64,000 bases of DNA from Minisyncoccota bacterium (lineage in GTDB: Bacteria; Patescibacteriota; Minisyncoccia; UBA6257; 2-01-FULL-56-20), in contig DATCDU010000011.1 of assembly GCA_036510525.1 (NCBI GenBank), positions 2,241 to 66,240 on the forward strand, in the 5' to 3' direction. Numbering within the stretch: position 1 is the stretch's first letter; every line of letters starts with the position of its first letter. Positions 1 to 8,578 of the stretch are shown here, in pieces. Position numbers and translations under genes: made by a program. A model generated the notes under the pieces. The model searched no databases and was not told where the DNA came from. It saw only the letters and a list, made by a program, of their open reading frames with translations.

Positions 1-559
1 CCTCGGGATAATCGGGGTCTATGGGATTTTGGCCGTACTGCGCTTTGAATTTACTTGATTCAAAGATGCTCGTCACTTCATATTGGCTGATGCCATCGGT
101 GTTGTACGTATAATAGAGTCCGGTAGAAGAAGTGTTTGTGGGATCAACGGGGAGCGAGTTTATGGGGGAGCCGGTTGTCATTCCCGAGAACTTGATCGGG
201 ATCCATCCTGTCCCATTCACATTTTTGTAGTCCTGGGGGGAGGAACATTGATAGGTGTATCCGGAGGGAAGCGTGGGAAGGCCAAGAGAAGAACAGGTGG
301 AGGTCGTGGCTCCCGATATGGTGGAATCGGGGAGGGAAACATACACCACCGAGGCCGTGCCCATCACGGAGTTCACTCCTTGGTCGCTTTCATAGAGAAA
401 GAGTGCGTGGGCGACGGTGTCCATATCGGAGACGCGGGTTGAATCTCTTGATTGGCGAAAATACTCCACGGGATTCAAGGTCAGGACGACCACGATCGCC
501 AAGATCGCAATGATGGCGATGACGATGAGGAGTTCGATGAGAGTGAATCCTTTTCTCAT
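1..559 (-). CDS. type IV pilin-like protein with prepilin-type N-terminal cleavage/methylation domain (partial; C-terminus runs off the window start)
   Basis: Minus-strand translation from ATG at 559 begins MRKGFTLIELLIVIAIIAILAIVVVL, the classic prepilin leader plus hydrophobic helix. The frame stays open to position 1. It lies immediately downstream of parB. It is absent from the ORF track because there is no stop codon inside the window. Confidence 0.75.
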   Translation of the reverse strand, partial: MRKGFTLIELLIVIAIIAILAIVVVLTLNPVEYFRQSRDSTRVSDMDTVAHALFLYESDQGVNSVMGTASVVYVSLPDSTISGATTSTCSSLGLPTLPSGYTYQCSSPQDYKNVNGTGWIPIKFSGMTTGSPINSLPVDPTNTSSTGLYYTYNTDGISQYEVTSIFESSKFKAQYGQNPIDPDYPE

Positions 560-572
560 GTGTTCAATAACG

Positions 573-1676
573 TTATCCTTGTTCCTTCCCTAACTTTCTC
601 AAAATATCTTCGAGTTCCTCTTCCGAGAAAAAAGTAATGGTGATCTTGCCGTTGTTCGCGTTCTTGCTGATCTCGACGGGAGCGCCGAGCGATGAACTGA
701 GCTCGTCCTGCAGCGCCTTTACCTCCGGCGCAAGACGTACCTCCTGCAGAGGTGGCCGCCCGCGGCGGTGTGCCGCGACACCGCCGGACGCGATCGCGAC
801 GTGCTGGACGCGCTCTTTGACATCGCGCGTGGTCAATTTGTTCTGGATGATGTCCTCAAGCAATTTCTTCTGCTCCGCCGGATCTTCAACGCCGATCAAT
901 ATGCGCGCGTTGCTTTCCGAAACTTGACCCTCCTCCACCGCGCGCTGGACATACTCCGGCAGATCAAGTAGCCGCACGCTGTTCGCCACCACCTCGCGGC
1001 TCTTGCCGAGCTTCGCCGCGATCTCGCGCTGGGTCATCCGGAACTCCTCCTGCAGGCGCTGGAACGCGCGCGCCATTTCAATGGGATTCAGGTTCTCTCT
1101 TTGAATATTTTCGATGACGCCGAGCTCAAGCTTCTCGCGTTCAAGATGGATGTTACGAATGATCGCGGGCACGCGCGGAAGTCCGAGCAATTTCGCCGCC
1201 ATAAACCGCCGCTCGCCGGCGATGATCTGATATTCCACCGCAATGCCGGTCGGCGTCTCCTTTTCCATCTTTGATACCACGAGCGGTTGCAGGAAGCCGA
1301 ACTCGCGGATGGAACTCGCGAGTTCGCGCAATCCATCCTCGTCAAAATGCCGGCGCGGCTGGTCCGGATTCGGTGTGATCTTCTCTATCTCGATATGATA
1401 GATCGATTCCTGCGCGAGCTCGTCGCGCTTTTGGGATTGGGGCTGTGTGACCGGTTGCGGCTTTTGTTCCGATGGTTGCGTCTGCACGGGTTGCACTACC
1501 GGCTGGACCGGTTGCGATGATGATGGTGACGCCGATTGTGCCGATGGCACGAAACTCGGATGCGGCTGTGGCTGCGATTGTGTTTGTGGTTGCGGCTGCT
1601 GCGGTCTATCACCATCGGCGCTTTGGCCCTGATTATTATTTTTCGGTATCAGCGATTCGAGTCCTTTGCCAAGCAT
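573..1676 (-). CDS. parB: chromosome partitioning protein ParB/Spo0J with an N-terminal Pro/Gln-rich low-complexity extension
   Basis: ParB box IAGERRFMAAKLLG, and the helix-turn-helix segment MTQREIAAKLGKSREVVANSVRLLDLP. The first ~110 aa are a PQ-rich tract. The gene sits 15 nt downstream of parA. Confidence 0.9.
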   Translation of the reverse strand: MLGKGLESLIPKNNNQGQSADGDRPQQPQPQTQSQPQPHPSFVPSAQSASPSSSQPVQPVVQPVQTQPSEQKPQPVTQPQSQKRDELAQESIYHIEIEKITPNPDQPRRHFDEDGLRELASSIREFGFLQPLVVSKMEKETPTGIAVEYQIIAGERRFMAAKLLGLPRVPAIIRNIHLEREKLELGVIENIQRENLNPIEMARAFQRLQEEFRMTQREIAAKLGKSREVVANSVRLLDLPEYVQRAVEEGQVSESNARILIGVEDPAEQKKLLEDIIQNKLTTRDVKERVQHVAIASGGVAAHRRGRPPLQEVRLAPEVKALQDELSSSLGAPVEISKNANNGKITITFFSEEELEDILRKLGKEQG

Positions 1677-1691
1677 GATATTTTTTAAACC

Positions 1692-2516
1692 CTAAAGATT
1701 AAAATTTCCGAAATTTTCGCTTGACACCGTAGGCGCGACGGCCTCGGCGAGTGCGACCTCCTGCGCGATCACTTCGCGCGCGAGCCGTTCGTATGCCTGT
1801 GCCCCCGGTGAATCGGGGCGGTAGAGAATGATCGGCTTGGAAAAACTCGGCGCCTCGGCGAGCGCAACGGCGCGCGGTACCTCCACTTCGAACACGTGAT
1901 GCGGGAAGTGGCGCCGGATGTTCTTGGAGACCTCGCGGCTTAAGTGTTCGCGCTTGTCGTACATCGTGATCACCGCACCGGAGATCTTCACCGGATGCGC
2001 GAGGTTGTCGCGGATCAGGTTGACCGTCTCAAGCAACTGGCCGATCCCTTCGAGCGAGTAATATTCCGTCTGCACCGGGATCAGCACCTCGTCCGCAGCC
2101 ACCATACCGTTCACGGTGAGCAAGCTGAGCGATGGCGGCAGATCGATCAGAATGTAATCATAGCTGTGCCGGACACGATTGACGAACTTGCGCAAAAAAT
2201 ATTCCCGTTCCGGAACGTTCACGAGTTCCACAAGCGCGCCCGCAAGGTGCGGCGCCGACGGCACGTAGTGATAATTATAGATGACACTCGGCTTGATGAT
2301 CTGTTCCGGCGTGAGCTGGTCGAGGATGCCGTGATATATGCTTCCCTCCCCCGCCATCTGATTGTGTCCGAGCGCCGAGCTCGCGTTCGCCTGCGGATCA
2401 AAGTCGATCAGCAGCACGCGCTTGCCCGCGGCGGCAAGGTAGGCGCCCAAATTCACCGCGGTCGTCGTCTTCCCGACGCCGCCCTTCTGGTTGCAGATCG
2501 CAATAACACGGGCCAT
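1692..2516 (-). CDS. parA: ParA/Soj family chromosome partitioning ATPase
   Basis: Deviant Walker A motif MARVIAICNQKGGVGKTTTAVNLGAYLA. It forms a parA-parB operon. Confidence 0.92.
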   Translation of the reverse strand: MARVIAICNQKGGVGKTTTAVNLGAYLAAAGKRVLLIDFDPQANASSALGHNQMAGEGSIYHGILDQLTPEQIIKPSVIYNYHYVPSAPHLAGALVELVNVPEREYFLRKFVNRVRHSYDYILIDLPPSLSLLTVNGMVAADEVLIPVQTEYYSLEGIGQLLETVNLIRDNLAHPVKISGAVITMYDKREHLSREVSKNIRRHFPHHVFEVEVPRAVALAEAPSFSKPIILYRPDSPGAQAYERLAREVIAQEVALAEAVAPTVSSENFGNFNL

Positions 2517-2586
2517 ATTACCTTGATTTTACCTTTATAAATGGCTAATATCAATTGTGCCGCGACGTGCGGCACTTAGATTATAT

Positions 2587-2669
2587 GCCCGGGTGGCGGA
2601 ATGGCAGACGCAATGGACTCAAAATCCATCGATCGCAAGGTCATGAGGGTTCGACTCCCTCCTCGGGCA
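2587..2669 (+). tRNA. tRNA-Leu(CAA)
   Basis: Cloverleaf read manually. Acceptor stem GCCCGGG/CTCGGGC. Anticodon arm ATGGA-cuCAAaa-TCCAT. Long variable arm (class II). T-loop TTCGACT. Discriminator A. Confidence 0.85.
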
Positions 2670-2671
2670 CA

Positions 2672-2700
2672 TTTAAAAAAACCGCAATGCGGTTTTTTTA
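2672..2700. terminator. bidirectional intrinsic terminator (A-tract, GC hairpin, T-tract)
   Basis: AAAAAAACCGCAATGCGGTTTTTTTA sits between the 3' end of tRNA-Leu(+) and the 3' end of the minus-strand aminotransferase gene. The hairpin has flanking poly-A and poly-T. Confidence 0.6.
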
Positions 2701-3651
2701 TATCTCCATCCTCCACGCGGCCCACTTTCCACCGTCGGTTCCTTTTTGCGCCGCCTCGTATTTCTCTGAGATCATCTTTGTGATCGGGCCGGGCACGGGT
2801 GTGCCACTTGGACCGCCCACCGCGCGTTTGTCCACGGAGAGGATCGGCGTGATGCGGGCGGAGCTGCCGGAGATGAACGCTTCATCGGCGATGTAGAGCT
2901 CCGTCCTATCCACCGCGCGCTCTTCCACCGGTATTCCGGCGTCGCGGGCGATCGCGATCACGCTTGCGCGCGTGATGCCTTCCAGAATATCCGTACTCAC
3001 GCCGGGCGTGATCAGCACACCGTTGCGCACGATGAATAGATTCGCGACCGTCGCTTCCGTAACGCGTCCCTGCGCATCGAGCACGATCGCGTCATCGTAG
3101 CCGTTCAGAAGCGCCTCGTTCTTGATGAGCGCGTTGTTCGCGTAACCGCCATTCACTTTGGCGCGTGACGGGATCACATTGTCGATGCCGTGCGTCCAGC
3201 TTGAGACGCAGACGTTGATGCCCGCGCGTGGCAGGATCTGCCCCATCGGGTAGACGTATGCAGAGAGTGCGTGCGGGAGGTCGTGGATCTTCGTGCCCGC
3301 GATGAGCGCATCCACGAAGACCGTCGCCCGCACGAGCACGTCCTCGCCCTCTATATTATTGCGCGCGATGAGCTCGCGCATCGTCGCCTCGAACTTCTCG
3401 TACGGCCACACCGCGGTGAATTTGTTGAAATCCATGATCGCCGACGAATTCACGAGCCGTTGATAATGATCTTTTAACCTGAACGCGTGGCGTTTTTTCT
3501 CCACCTCATTCCAATTGACACTGAACACTGTGTAGATGGAGAGCCCGTAGAGCACGGGCGAGCTTGCGATGCTAACATTCGCTTCTTTGAAGGGCACGAA
3601 CGAATCGCGGAAGAAGGCCTGACCATCCAAATAATTAAAAAGTGAAGCCAT
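2698..3651 (-). CDS. ilvE: branched-chain amino acid aminotransferase (class IV PLP aminotransferase)
   Basis: 317 aa, with class IV aminotransferase-like segments (VLDAQGRVTEATVANLFIVRNGVLITPG ... ITRASVIAIARDAGIPVEE). Confidence 0.8.
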   Translation of the reverse strand: MASLFNYLDGQAFFRDSFVPFKEANVSIASSPVLYGLSIYTVFSVNWNEVEKKRHAFRLKDHYQRLVNSSAIMDFNKFTAVWPYEKFEATMRELIARNNIEGEDVLVRATVFVDALIAGTKIHDLPHALSAYVYPMGQILPRAGINVCVSSWTHGIDNVIPSRAKVNGGYANNALIKNEALLNGYDDAIVLDAQGRVTEATVANLFIVRNGVLITPGVSTDILEGITRASVIAIARDAGIPVEERAVDRTELYIADEAFISGSSARITPILSVDKRAVGGPSGTPVPGPITKMISEKYEAAQKGTDGGKWAAWRMEI

Positions 3652-3860
3652 GATAGTAGTTCCATTATATACCCGGACATGCTAATATTGAATCCGCGAA
3701 AGAAAAGAGGGAGATGTGAAAGAGTGGTTTACCCTAAGAAATTGCCTCGTTGGCGGATGGATACTGATGTTCGTCGTTCTCATGATCATCGCCTCTGTTC
3801 GCCACCATTAGCACCTCAGCCCAGAAGCGTATCCCTTACCGGCATGCGCTTTTTCTTTTG

Positions 3861-3943
3861 TACCCAGGGTGGGACTCGAACCCACAAGACCTTACGGTCA
3901 TGACATTTTAAGTGTCACGCGTATACCATTCCGCCACCTGGGC
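3861..3943 (-). tRNA. tRNA-Leu(UAA)
   Basis: The reverse complement folds as a class II tRNA. Acceptor stem GCCCAGG/CCTGGGT. Anticodon arm TGACA-cuUAAaa-TGTCA. Long variable arm. T-loop TTCGAGT. Discriminator A. Confidence 0.8.
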
Positions 3944-4043
3944 AATTTATTTTTCTCTCATGTATGAGGCCACGGCGGGAATTGCACCCGCGCATCGCCC
4001 TTTTGCAGAGGGCTGTGTTACTGCTTCACCACGTGGCCAGTCC

Positions 4044-4373
4044 TTACATCTTATCCTGCTCCAGCAATTTTTCAACCACTGCCGCGTTCTCCAGCCCGTG
4101 GTCGATCACAAACACGATCCGCGGCATCGGCTTGATGTTTATTTTTTTGAGCAGGAGGTGCTGGAGATATCCCGCTCGCGCGGTCAGCTCCGCAAGCACC
4201 ACTTTCTCGCCCGACGCCGGAAGGACACTCACCTTTACCCGCGCGCCCTCCAGTTTTTTATCAACCTCAACCTCAGTGATCGTCGCAAGCGCGGGAAGCT
4301 CCACTTCGCGAAGGATCATCTTTGAAAGTTCCTCGCGTATCAGCTTCCCCACCCGCTCGGAGCGGAAATTCAT
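4044..4373 (-). CDS. rbfA: ribosome-binding factor A
   Basis: 109 aa, [24 protein letters not shown]..., with the typical RbfA N-terminus. It is immediately downstream of infB. Confidence 0.85.
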   Translation of the reverse strand: MNFRSERVGKLIREELSKMILREVELPALATITEVEVDKKLEGARVKVSVLPASGEKVVLAELTARAGYLQHLLLKKINIKPMPRIVFVIDHGLENAAVVEKLLEQDKM

Positions 4374-5857
4374 TATTTTCTGATCAATAATTTATCACCC
4401 ACTTGTACGATCGTCTGTGAATCGAGCAATACGCCGATCTCCTTTCCTTTATCTGCCTGGAATATCTCGCTCTTCTTTTCACGTAATCCCAAAATCTTTC
4501 CGTTGCCGATCGGCGCCGAGCCGACGTGGCCACGCACGATGTCGAATGATGTCTTCCCGTGGAACGTGCCGCTCGTCACGCGACCGCCTACCAACTGCTT
4601 TTGCGGTTTCTCCTGATTGAAGAGCGCGAGCACCTCGAGTTCGCCCGCTCCGGCCGGTCCGCGCGCGCCGCTGAAATATTCCTCCACCGCCGCCGAAAGA
4701 TCATACACGATCTCGGAAGTGATCACCGTCACCGTCTGCGCGTCAGCGAGCACCTTCGCGCCCTTCTCCACGCGGTTCTTGAAACCGATGATCGTGGCCT
4801 TCGTGGCGATCGCATGACGGATGTCGCCGTCCGTGATGTCGCCCACTCCCTCCTCTACTATATTTATCTCCTTGCCGCCCTTCTGATCGATGCCGCGCAA
4901 GACGACCGAGAGCGCCTCGAGCGATCCGGCGTCGCCGGCTTTCAAGATCAGGTTGAGCGTATTCGGTTTTGACTTGGAAATCTGATTCACTGCCGCGACT
5001 ACCGGGCCGCGCGCAGTTGCGGATGCCTCTTCTTTCAGTTCACCCACCGCAAATTCCTCGCCCACCTTCGGGATCTTTTCAAAACCGATGATGATGGCTG
5101 GCGCCGATGGCGTGAGCTCCGAAACCGTTTTGCCCAGGAAATCTTCCAGGATCTTCACCTTGCCGGAAGCGGTGTGGGTGCGTACCGCGTCGCCGCGGGA
5201 AAGCGTCCCATTTTTTACGATGACCGTCGCCTCGATGCCGCGCTTCGGGTCACGCTTGGCTTCCAGAACAAAGCCGGACGCCGGTACGGAAGCATCGTAC
5301 GTCAACTCCTCCACATCGGCGGCCAGCAAAATGAGGTCGAGCAGATCGTCGATCCCTTCGCCGGTCTTTGCCGAAACCGCGTGATAGCTCACCTGGCCAC
5401 CATAGCCCTCGAGCATCACGCCCGCGGCCATCAGGTCGTTGCGCGCCTTGTCCAAATTGCCGCCAGTCTTGTCCACTTTGTTGATCGCCACGATGAATGG
5501 GGTCTTGGCGTCCTCTATTATTTTGATCGCCTCCTTCGTTTGCGGCTTCACGCCTTCGTCCGCCGCGACGACGAGGATCGCAAGGTCAGCCACCTGCGCG
5601 CCGCGTGAGCGCATGGCAGTAAACGCCTCGTGTCCAGGCGTGTCGATGAAAGTAATTTTCCGATCCGCGTGTACTATTTCATACGCGGCAGTGGCCTGCG
5701 TGATGCCGCCCGCCTCGCGCGCGGCGATGTTCGCTTTGCGGATGTAGTCGAGCAGTGTCGTCTTACCATGATCGACATGGCCCATCACAACGACGATCGG
5801 CGGACGCTGCTGAAGGCCGGTCTTTATAGAAATGTTTTTGAGGGTTTCTTTCGGCAT
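4373..5857 (-). CDS. infB: translation initiation factor IF-2 (short form lacking the N-terminal domains)
   Basis: G domain motifs [24 protein letters not shown] and NKVD, followed by the beta-barrel domains. 494 aa. Confidence 0.92.
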   Translation of the reverse strand: MPKETLKNISIKTGLQQRPPIVVVMGHVDHGKTTLLDYIRKANIAAREAGGITQATAAYEIVHADRKITFIDTPGHEAFTAMRSRGAQVADLAILVVAADEGVKPQTKEAIKIIEDAKTPFIVAINKVDKTGGNLDKARNDLMAAGVMLEGYGGQVSYHAVSAKTGEGIDDLLDLILLAADVEELTYDASVPASGFVLEAKRDPKRGIEATVIVKNGTLSRGDAVRTHTASGKVKILEDFLGKTVSELTPSAPAIIIGFEKIPKVGEEFAVGELKEEASATARGPVVAAVNQISKSKPNTLNLILKAGDAGSLEALSVVLRGIDQKGGKEINIVEEGVGDITDGDIRHAIATKATIIGFKNRVEKGAKVLADAQTVTVITSEIVYDLSAAVEEYFSGARGPAGAGELEVLALFNQEKPQKQLVGGRVTSGTFHGKTSFDIVRGHVGSAPIGNGKILGLREKKSEIFQADKGKEIGVLLDSQTIVQVGDKLLIRK

Positions 5858-6062
5858 GGCATAAATAGATTAAAACTTTCTAAACTCCAACAAATTATAG
5901 CAAAAATCGGCCGCTAACACAAGCCAACGCATGACCATAACGCCAATGGAGATATTAAAATTTGATTAAAAGATATTTGACCTAGAGCGATATTCTGTTA
6001 AGATAGAGACATCTTTGGGATTTCCCACCCGCCCCGCCCCGCAAAGGCGGGGTAGCTATTTT

Positions 6063-6491
6063 TTAGAAGCTATAAAAATCCAAAAATGCTCTGCGTACTC
6101 GCGTGAGCACATCATCGCTTATCGTCCCTATCCTCTTTACCAGTCGCCTTCTATCCATGGATTTTATCTGATTAAGAATAAGGCGCCCCTCCTTGTCCCC
6201 ATAGGAAATCAAAATATACCAACTGCCCTCCCTTGGCCGACTGGTCATGGGAACGGCAAGAAACATATCTTCGTTAAATTTTTTAAAGATCAAAACCGGC
6301 CTTATGAAATTATCTCCCTTTCCATAAATCTCTCTTCCGACATTCATCCCTATTTCGCACCACCATATCTCGCCCTCTTTAAAGACTACATTGGATTCCT
6401 TATCCAATAAGACAAGTTTTAACGTGCACCATTCAAGAAGCATTACGACCTGATCAAGAAAAATCATGGCGTTAGTGTAATCGCCCAACAT
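6063..6491 (-). CDS. MazF/PemK family endoribonuclease toxin-like protein (no adjacent antitoxin)
   Basis: Residues ~40 to 142 align by eye to E. coli MazF: GEIWWCEIG..RPVLIF matches GDLIWVDFD..RPAVVLSP, and FLAVPMTS...ILNQIKSMDRRRL matches CLCVPCTT...LADQVKSIAWRAR. The gene sits in an AT-rich segment unlike its flanks. Confidence 0.55.
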   Translation of the reverse strand: MLGDYTNAMIFLDQVVMLLEWCTLKLVLLDKESNVVFKEGEIWWCEIGMNVGREIYGKGDNFIRPVLIFKKFNEDMFLAVPMTSRPREGSWYILISYGDKEGRLILNQIKSMDRRRLVKRIGTISDDVLTRVRRAFLDFYSF

Positions 6492-6541
6492 TAAAAACCT
6501 ATTAAGAAATCAGTGCCAACGATGTCAAACCGGCACTTGAG

Positions 6542-6572
6542 AAAACCCGTGGAATAATCTACACTCAACCAG
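6542..6572 (+). promoter_or_regulatory. candidate sigma70-type promoter for tRNA-Ser(GCU)
   Basis: TTGAGA, 17 nt, TACACT, placed about 13 nt upstream of the mature tRNA 5' end. Confidence 0.35.
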
Positions 6573-6577
6573 TACGT

Positions 6578-6664
6578 GGAGGCGTGCCAGAGCGGCCGAA
6601 TGGAGCTTCCTGCTAAGAAGTTGACCGGGAAACCGGTCCGAAGGTTCGAATCCTTCCGCCTCCG
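6578..6664 (+). tRNA. tRNA-Ser(GCU)
   Basis: Acceptor stem GGAGGCG/CGCCTCC. Anticodon loop cuGCUaa. Long variable arm. T-loop GGTTCGAATCC. Discriminator G. Confidence 0.85.
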
Positions 6665-6681
6665 CAACGTTTTTTAATCTC

Positions 6682-7314
6682 ATGAGTGACAAGCCAGCAT
6701 TCGACAAAATTTATGAAAAGCCGGATACGGCCGTTTGGACAACGGACGAGCCACCCCGCATGCTCCGTGTGGCGATAGAAGGCCAAAAGATTTCTCCCTC
6801 TAAGGTATTGGATGTCGCATGCGGCGAGGGAGCCTTCTCGGTATATCTCGCGAAACATGGATTCCAGGTAACGGGCATCGACTTTTCCGAAAACGCCATC
6901 GAGTATGCAAAAGCACGGGCGGATAAGGAGAAATTGGATATCCGTTTTTTGGTCATAGATGCGACGAAGCTGGACGATCTCCATGAAACGTTCGATTTCG
7001 TCTTCGAGTGGGCCCTTATCCATCACCTCGAAGAATCGATGGTCAAGCCTTATATCGACAGCGTCGCGCGCAAACTAAATCCCGGCGGATGGTATATGAC
7101 GAATTCTTTCAATATCGAGAGCCCACTCTATGGCACGCCCGGCGTGCGCGTACGGAAAACGTTTCTCGGAACGGAGCTTCATTATCATAGCCAAGATGAG
7201 ATGCGAGACCTCTTCTCCCCATATTTTGAGATCGTGGAATCGGCGATTGAACCGATCGTCGGCAAAGGAGACGTGTTTCAGATCGGTAACTTTTTCCTTA
7301 TGAGGAGAAAATAA
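6682..7314 (+). CDS. class I SAM-dependent methyltransferase
   Basis: Motif I VLDVACGEGAFSVYLAKHGFQVTGIDFS, with post-I acidic residues. 210 aa. Confidence 0.8.
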   Translation: MSDKPAFDKIYEKPDTAVWTTDEPPRMLRVAIEGQKISPSKVLDVACGEGAFSVYLAKHGFQVTGIDFSENAIEYAKARADKEKLDIRFLVIDATKLDDLHETFDFVFEWALIHHLEESMVKPYIDSVARKLNPGGWYMTNSFNIESPLYGTPGVRVRKTFLGTELHYHSQDEMRDLFSPYFEIVESAIEPIVGKGDVFQIGNFFLMRRK

Positions 7315-7320
7315 AGCGAC

Positions 7321-7626
7321 TTAATTTTTTCGGGCTCTTTTGCCGAGCACGAACTTTTGAGAAGAGCTCATTGACTTATCCATGCGGTGGGTGCAACCCA
7401 CCCAGCAACATGGCCGGCGCATCCCTTCCTTAAGTTCCGAGACGACCCTCTTCACATGGTCTTTCCTCGTCTCCGCTTGTTTAACGGAGATGGTCCAGCA
7501 GATCCACTCATTGCGCGCGAGTGGCGTGATGTCCTCCCACTTTGAGAGCGCCGCCTTGTCCGATATAAGCGCTTTTTTCAGATCCGCGGGCAGTGGATGC
7601 GCCGTACCCGAAGAAATTCTTTTCAT
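7321..7626 (-). CDS. YdeI/OmpD-associated family protein (DUF1801-like)
   Basis: 101 aa with the pattern PADLKKAL...W..ITPLARNEWICW...KQAETRKDHVKRVVSELKEGMRRPCCWVGCTHR, matching that family from memory. Confidence 0.5.
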   Translation of the reverse strand: MKRISSGTAHPLPADLKKALISDKAALSKWEDITPLARNEWICWTISVKQAETRKDHVKRVVSELKEGMRRPCCWVGCTHRMDKSMSSSQKFVLGKRARKN

Positions 7627-7627
7627 G

Positions 7628-8107
7628 TTATGCCAAGAATTTTTTCAACTTCGCAAACTGCTGAGTGAAGCCGCCCTGCATACCCTCGACGGCCATCTTC
7701 GCCCCGGGCCCCGTCTTGTGGATGGTTGCTTTCAAGTTCAATTTTGTTTTCCCGTTCTCTTCGGTCAACGTCATTTCCGTTGTTTGATCGATGGTGGTTT
7801 CCCCGTTATCATTGTGCCCTTCGGTCCAAGCATGAACATCGTAAGAAAGTTTTGATTTTGGTTCAACGACGGTGAATTTCCCGAGCATCGGCCATCGCGT
7901 GCCTTTGTACGAGCCCATCGCTTCTCCGGCTTCCATCACTATGTATATCTTGCCGCCGACCCGGAGTTCAACTTCGCATTCCGGAATCGTGACATTGTCC
8001 GGACCCCACCATTGCTTGATCATCTTCGGATCGGTCCACGCTTGCCACACCTCCTCGAGCGGGGCATCATATGTTCTTTCAAATGTTACTTCTTTAATAG
8101 GTTCCAT
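7628..8107 (-). CDS. SRPBCC family protein (Aha1/AHSA1-like activator of Hsp90 ATPase homolog)
   Basis: 159 aa, ...TFERTYDAPLEEVWQAWTDPKMIKQWWGP..., the typical AHSA1/SRPBCC N-terminus. It is paired with an upstream ArsR regulator, a common arrangement. Confidence 0.8.
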   Translation of the reverse strand: MEPIKEVTFERTYDAPLEEVWQAWTDPKMIKQWWGPDNVTIPECEVELRVGGKIYIVMEAGEAMGSYKGTRWPMLGKFTVVEPKSKLSYDVHAWTEGHNDNGETTIDQTTEMTLTEENGKTKLNLKATIHKTGPGAKMAVEGMQGGFTQQFAKLKKFLA

Positions 8108-8429
8108 GTTTCATTTCATTTTTTAATTTTTTTGCTTGTAAAACTTTATCCAATCTGTCGAGCCGCCTGTCCCACAATGCCGTCTTCTGCTTTGCCCACT
8201 GTTCCAACTCCTTCATGGCGGGCGGATTAATGGTATAGATCCTCTGGCGCGACCTTTTCTCCATTCGCACCAGTTTCGCCTCGCGGAGCACCTTAAGGTG
8301 TTGGGATATCGCCGGAGGGCTGGAGTGGAATTTGCCGGAGATGTCCGTGGCGGACAATTCGCCGTTGCTTGCGAGCATCTCGATGATATTGCGCCGCGTT
8401 GGCTCTGCGATAGCGGTGAATATGTCCAT
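8094..8429 (-). CDS. ArsR/SmtB family transcriptional regulator
   Basis: MDIFTAIAEPTRRNIIEMLASNGELSATDISGKFHSSPPAISQHLKVLREAKLV, a winged helix-turn-helix. It overlaps the downstream SRPBCC gene by 14 nt. Confidence 0.85.
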   Translation of the reverse strand: MDIFTAIAEPTRRNIIEMLASNGELSATDISGKFHSSPPAISQHLKVLREAKLVRMEKRSRQRIYTINPPAMKELEQWAKQKTALWDRRLDRLDKVLQAKKLKNEMKHGTY

Positions 8430-8578
8430 CCCTCTATACTACAACCACTGTTAATTAAGTCAACACTTAATTATTCACAGACACGGGCGAGCGGAAATTC
8501 GTGAGTGGCTTTGAAGGGCGCTTCATTATACATTTAATAGTGGTTCTTCAAAGTACGTAATGCCCTAGGGAGGTGCAT

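Noticed and set aside
83-442. 119-aa plus-strand ORF at the window start
   Set aside because: Gly/Arg-rich antisense of the prepilin-like gene, whose N-terminal MRKGFTLIELL motif is unambiguous on the minus strand.
6492-6577. Search for a MazE-like antitoxin upstream of the MazF-like gene
   Set aside because: No ORF of plausible size or RHH/AbrB-like sequence between the toxin start and tRNA-Ser. The toxin is therefore called an orphan; a small ORF under 60 aa cannot be fully excluded.
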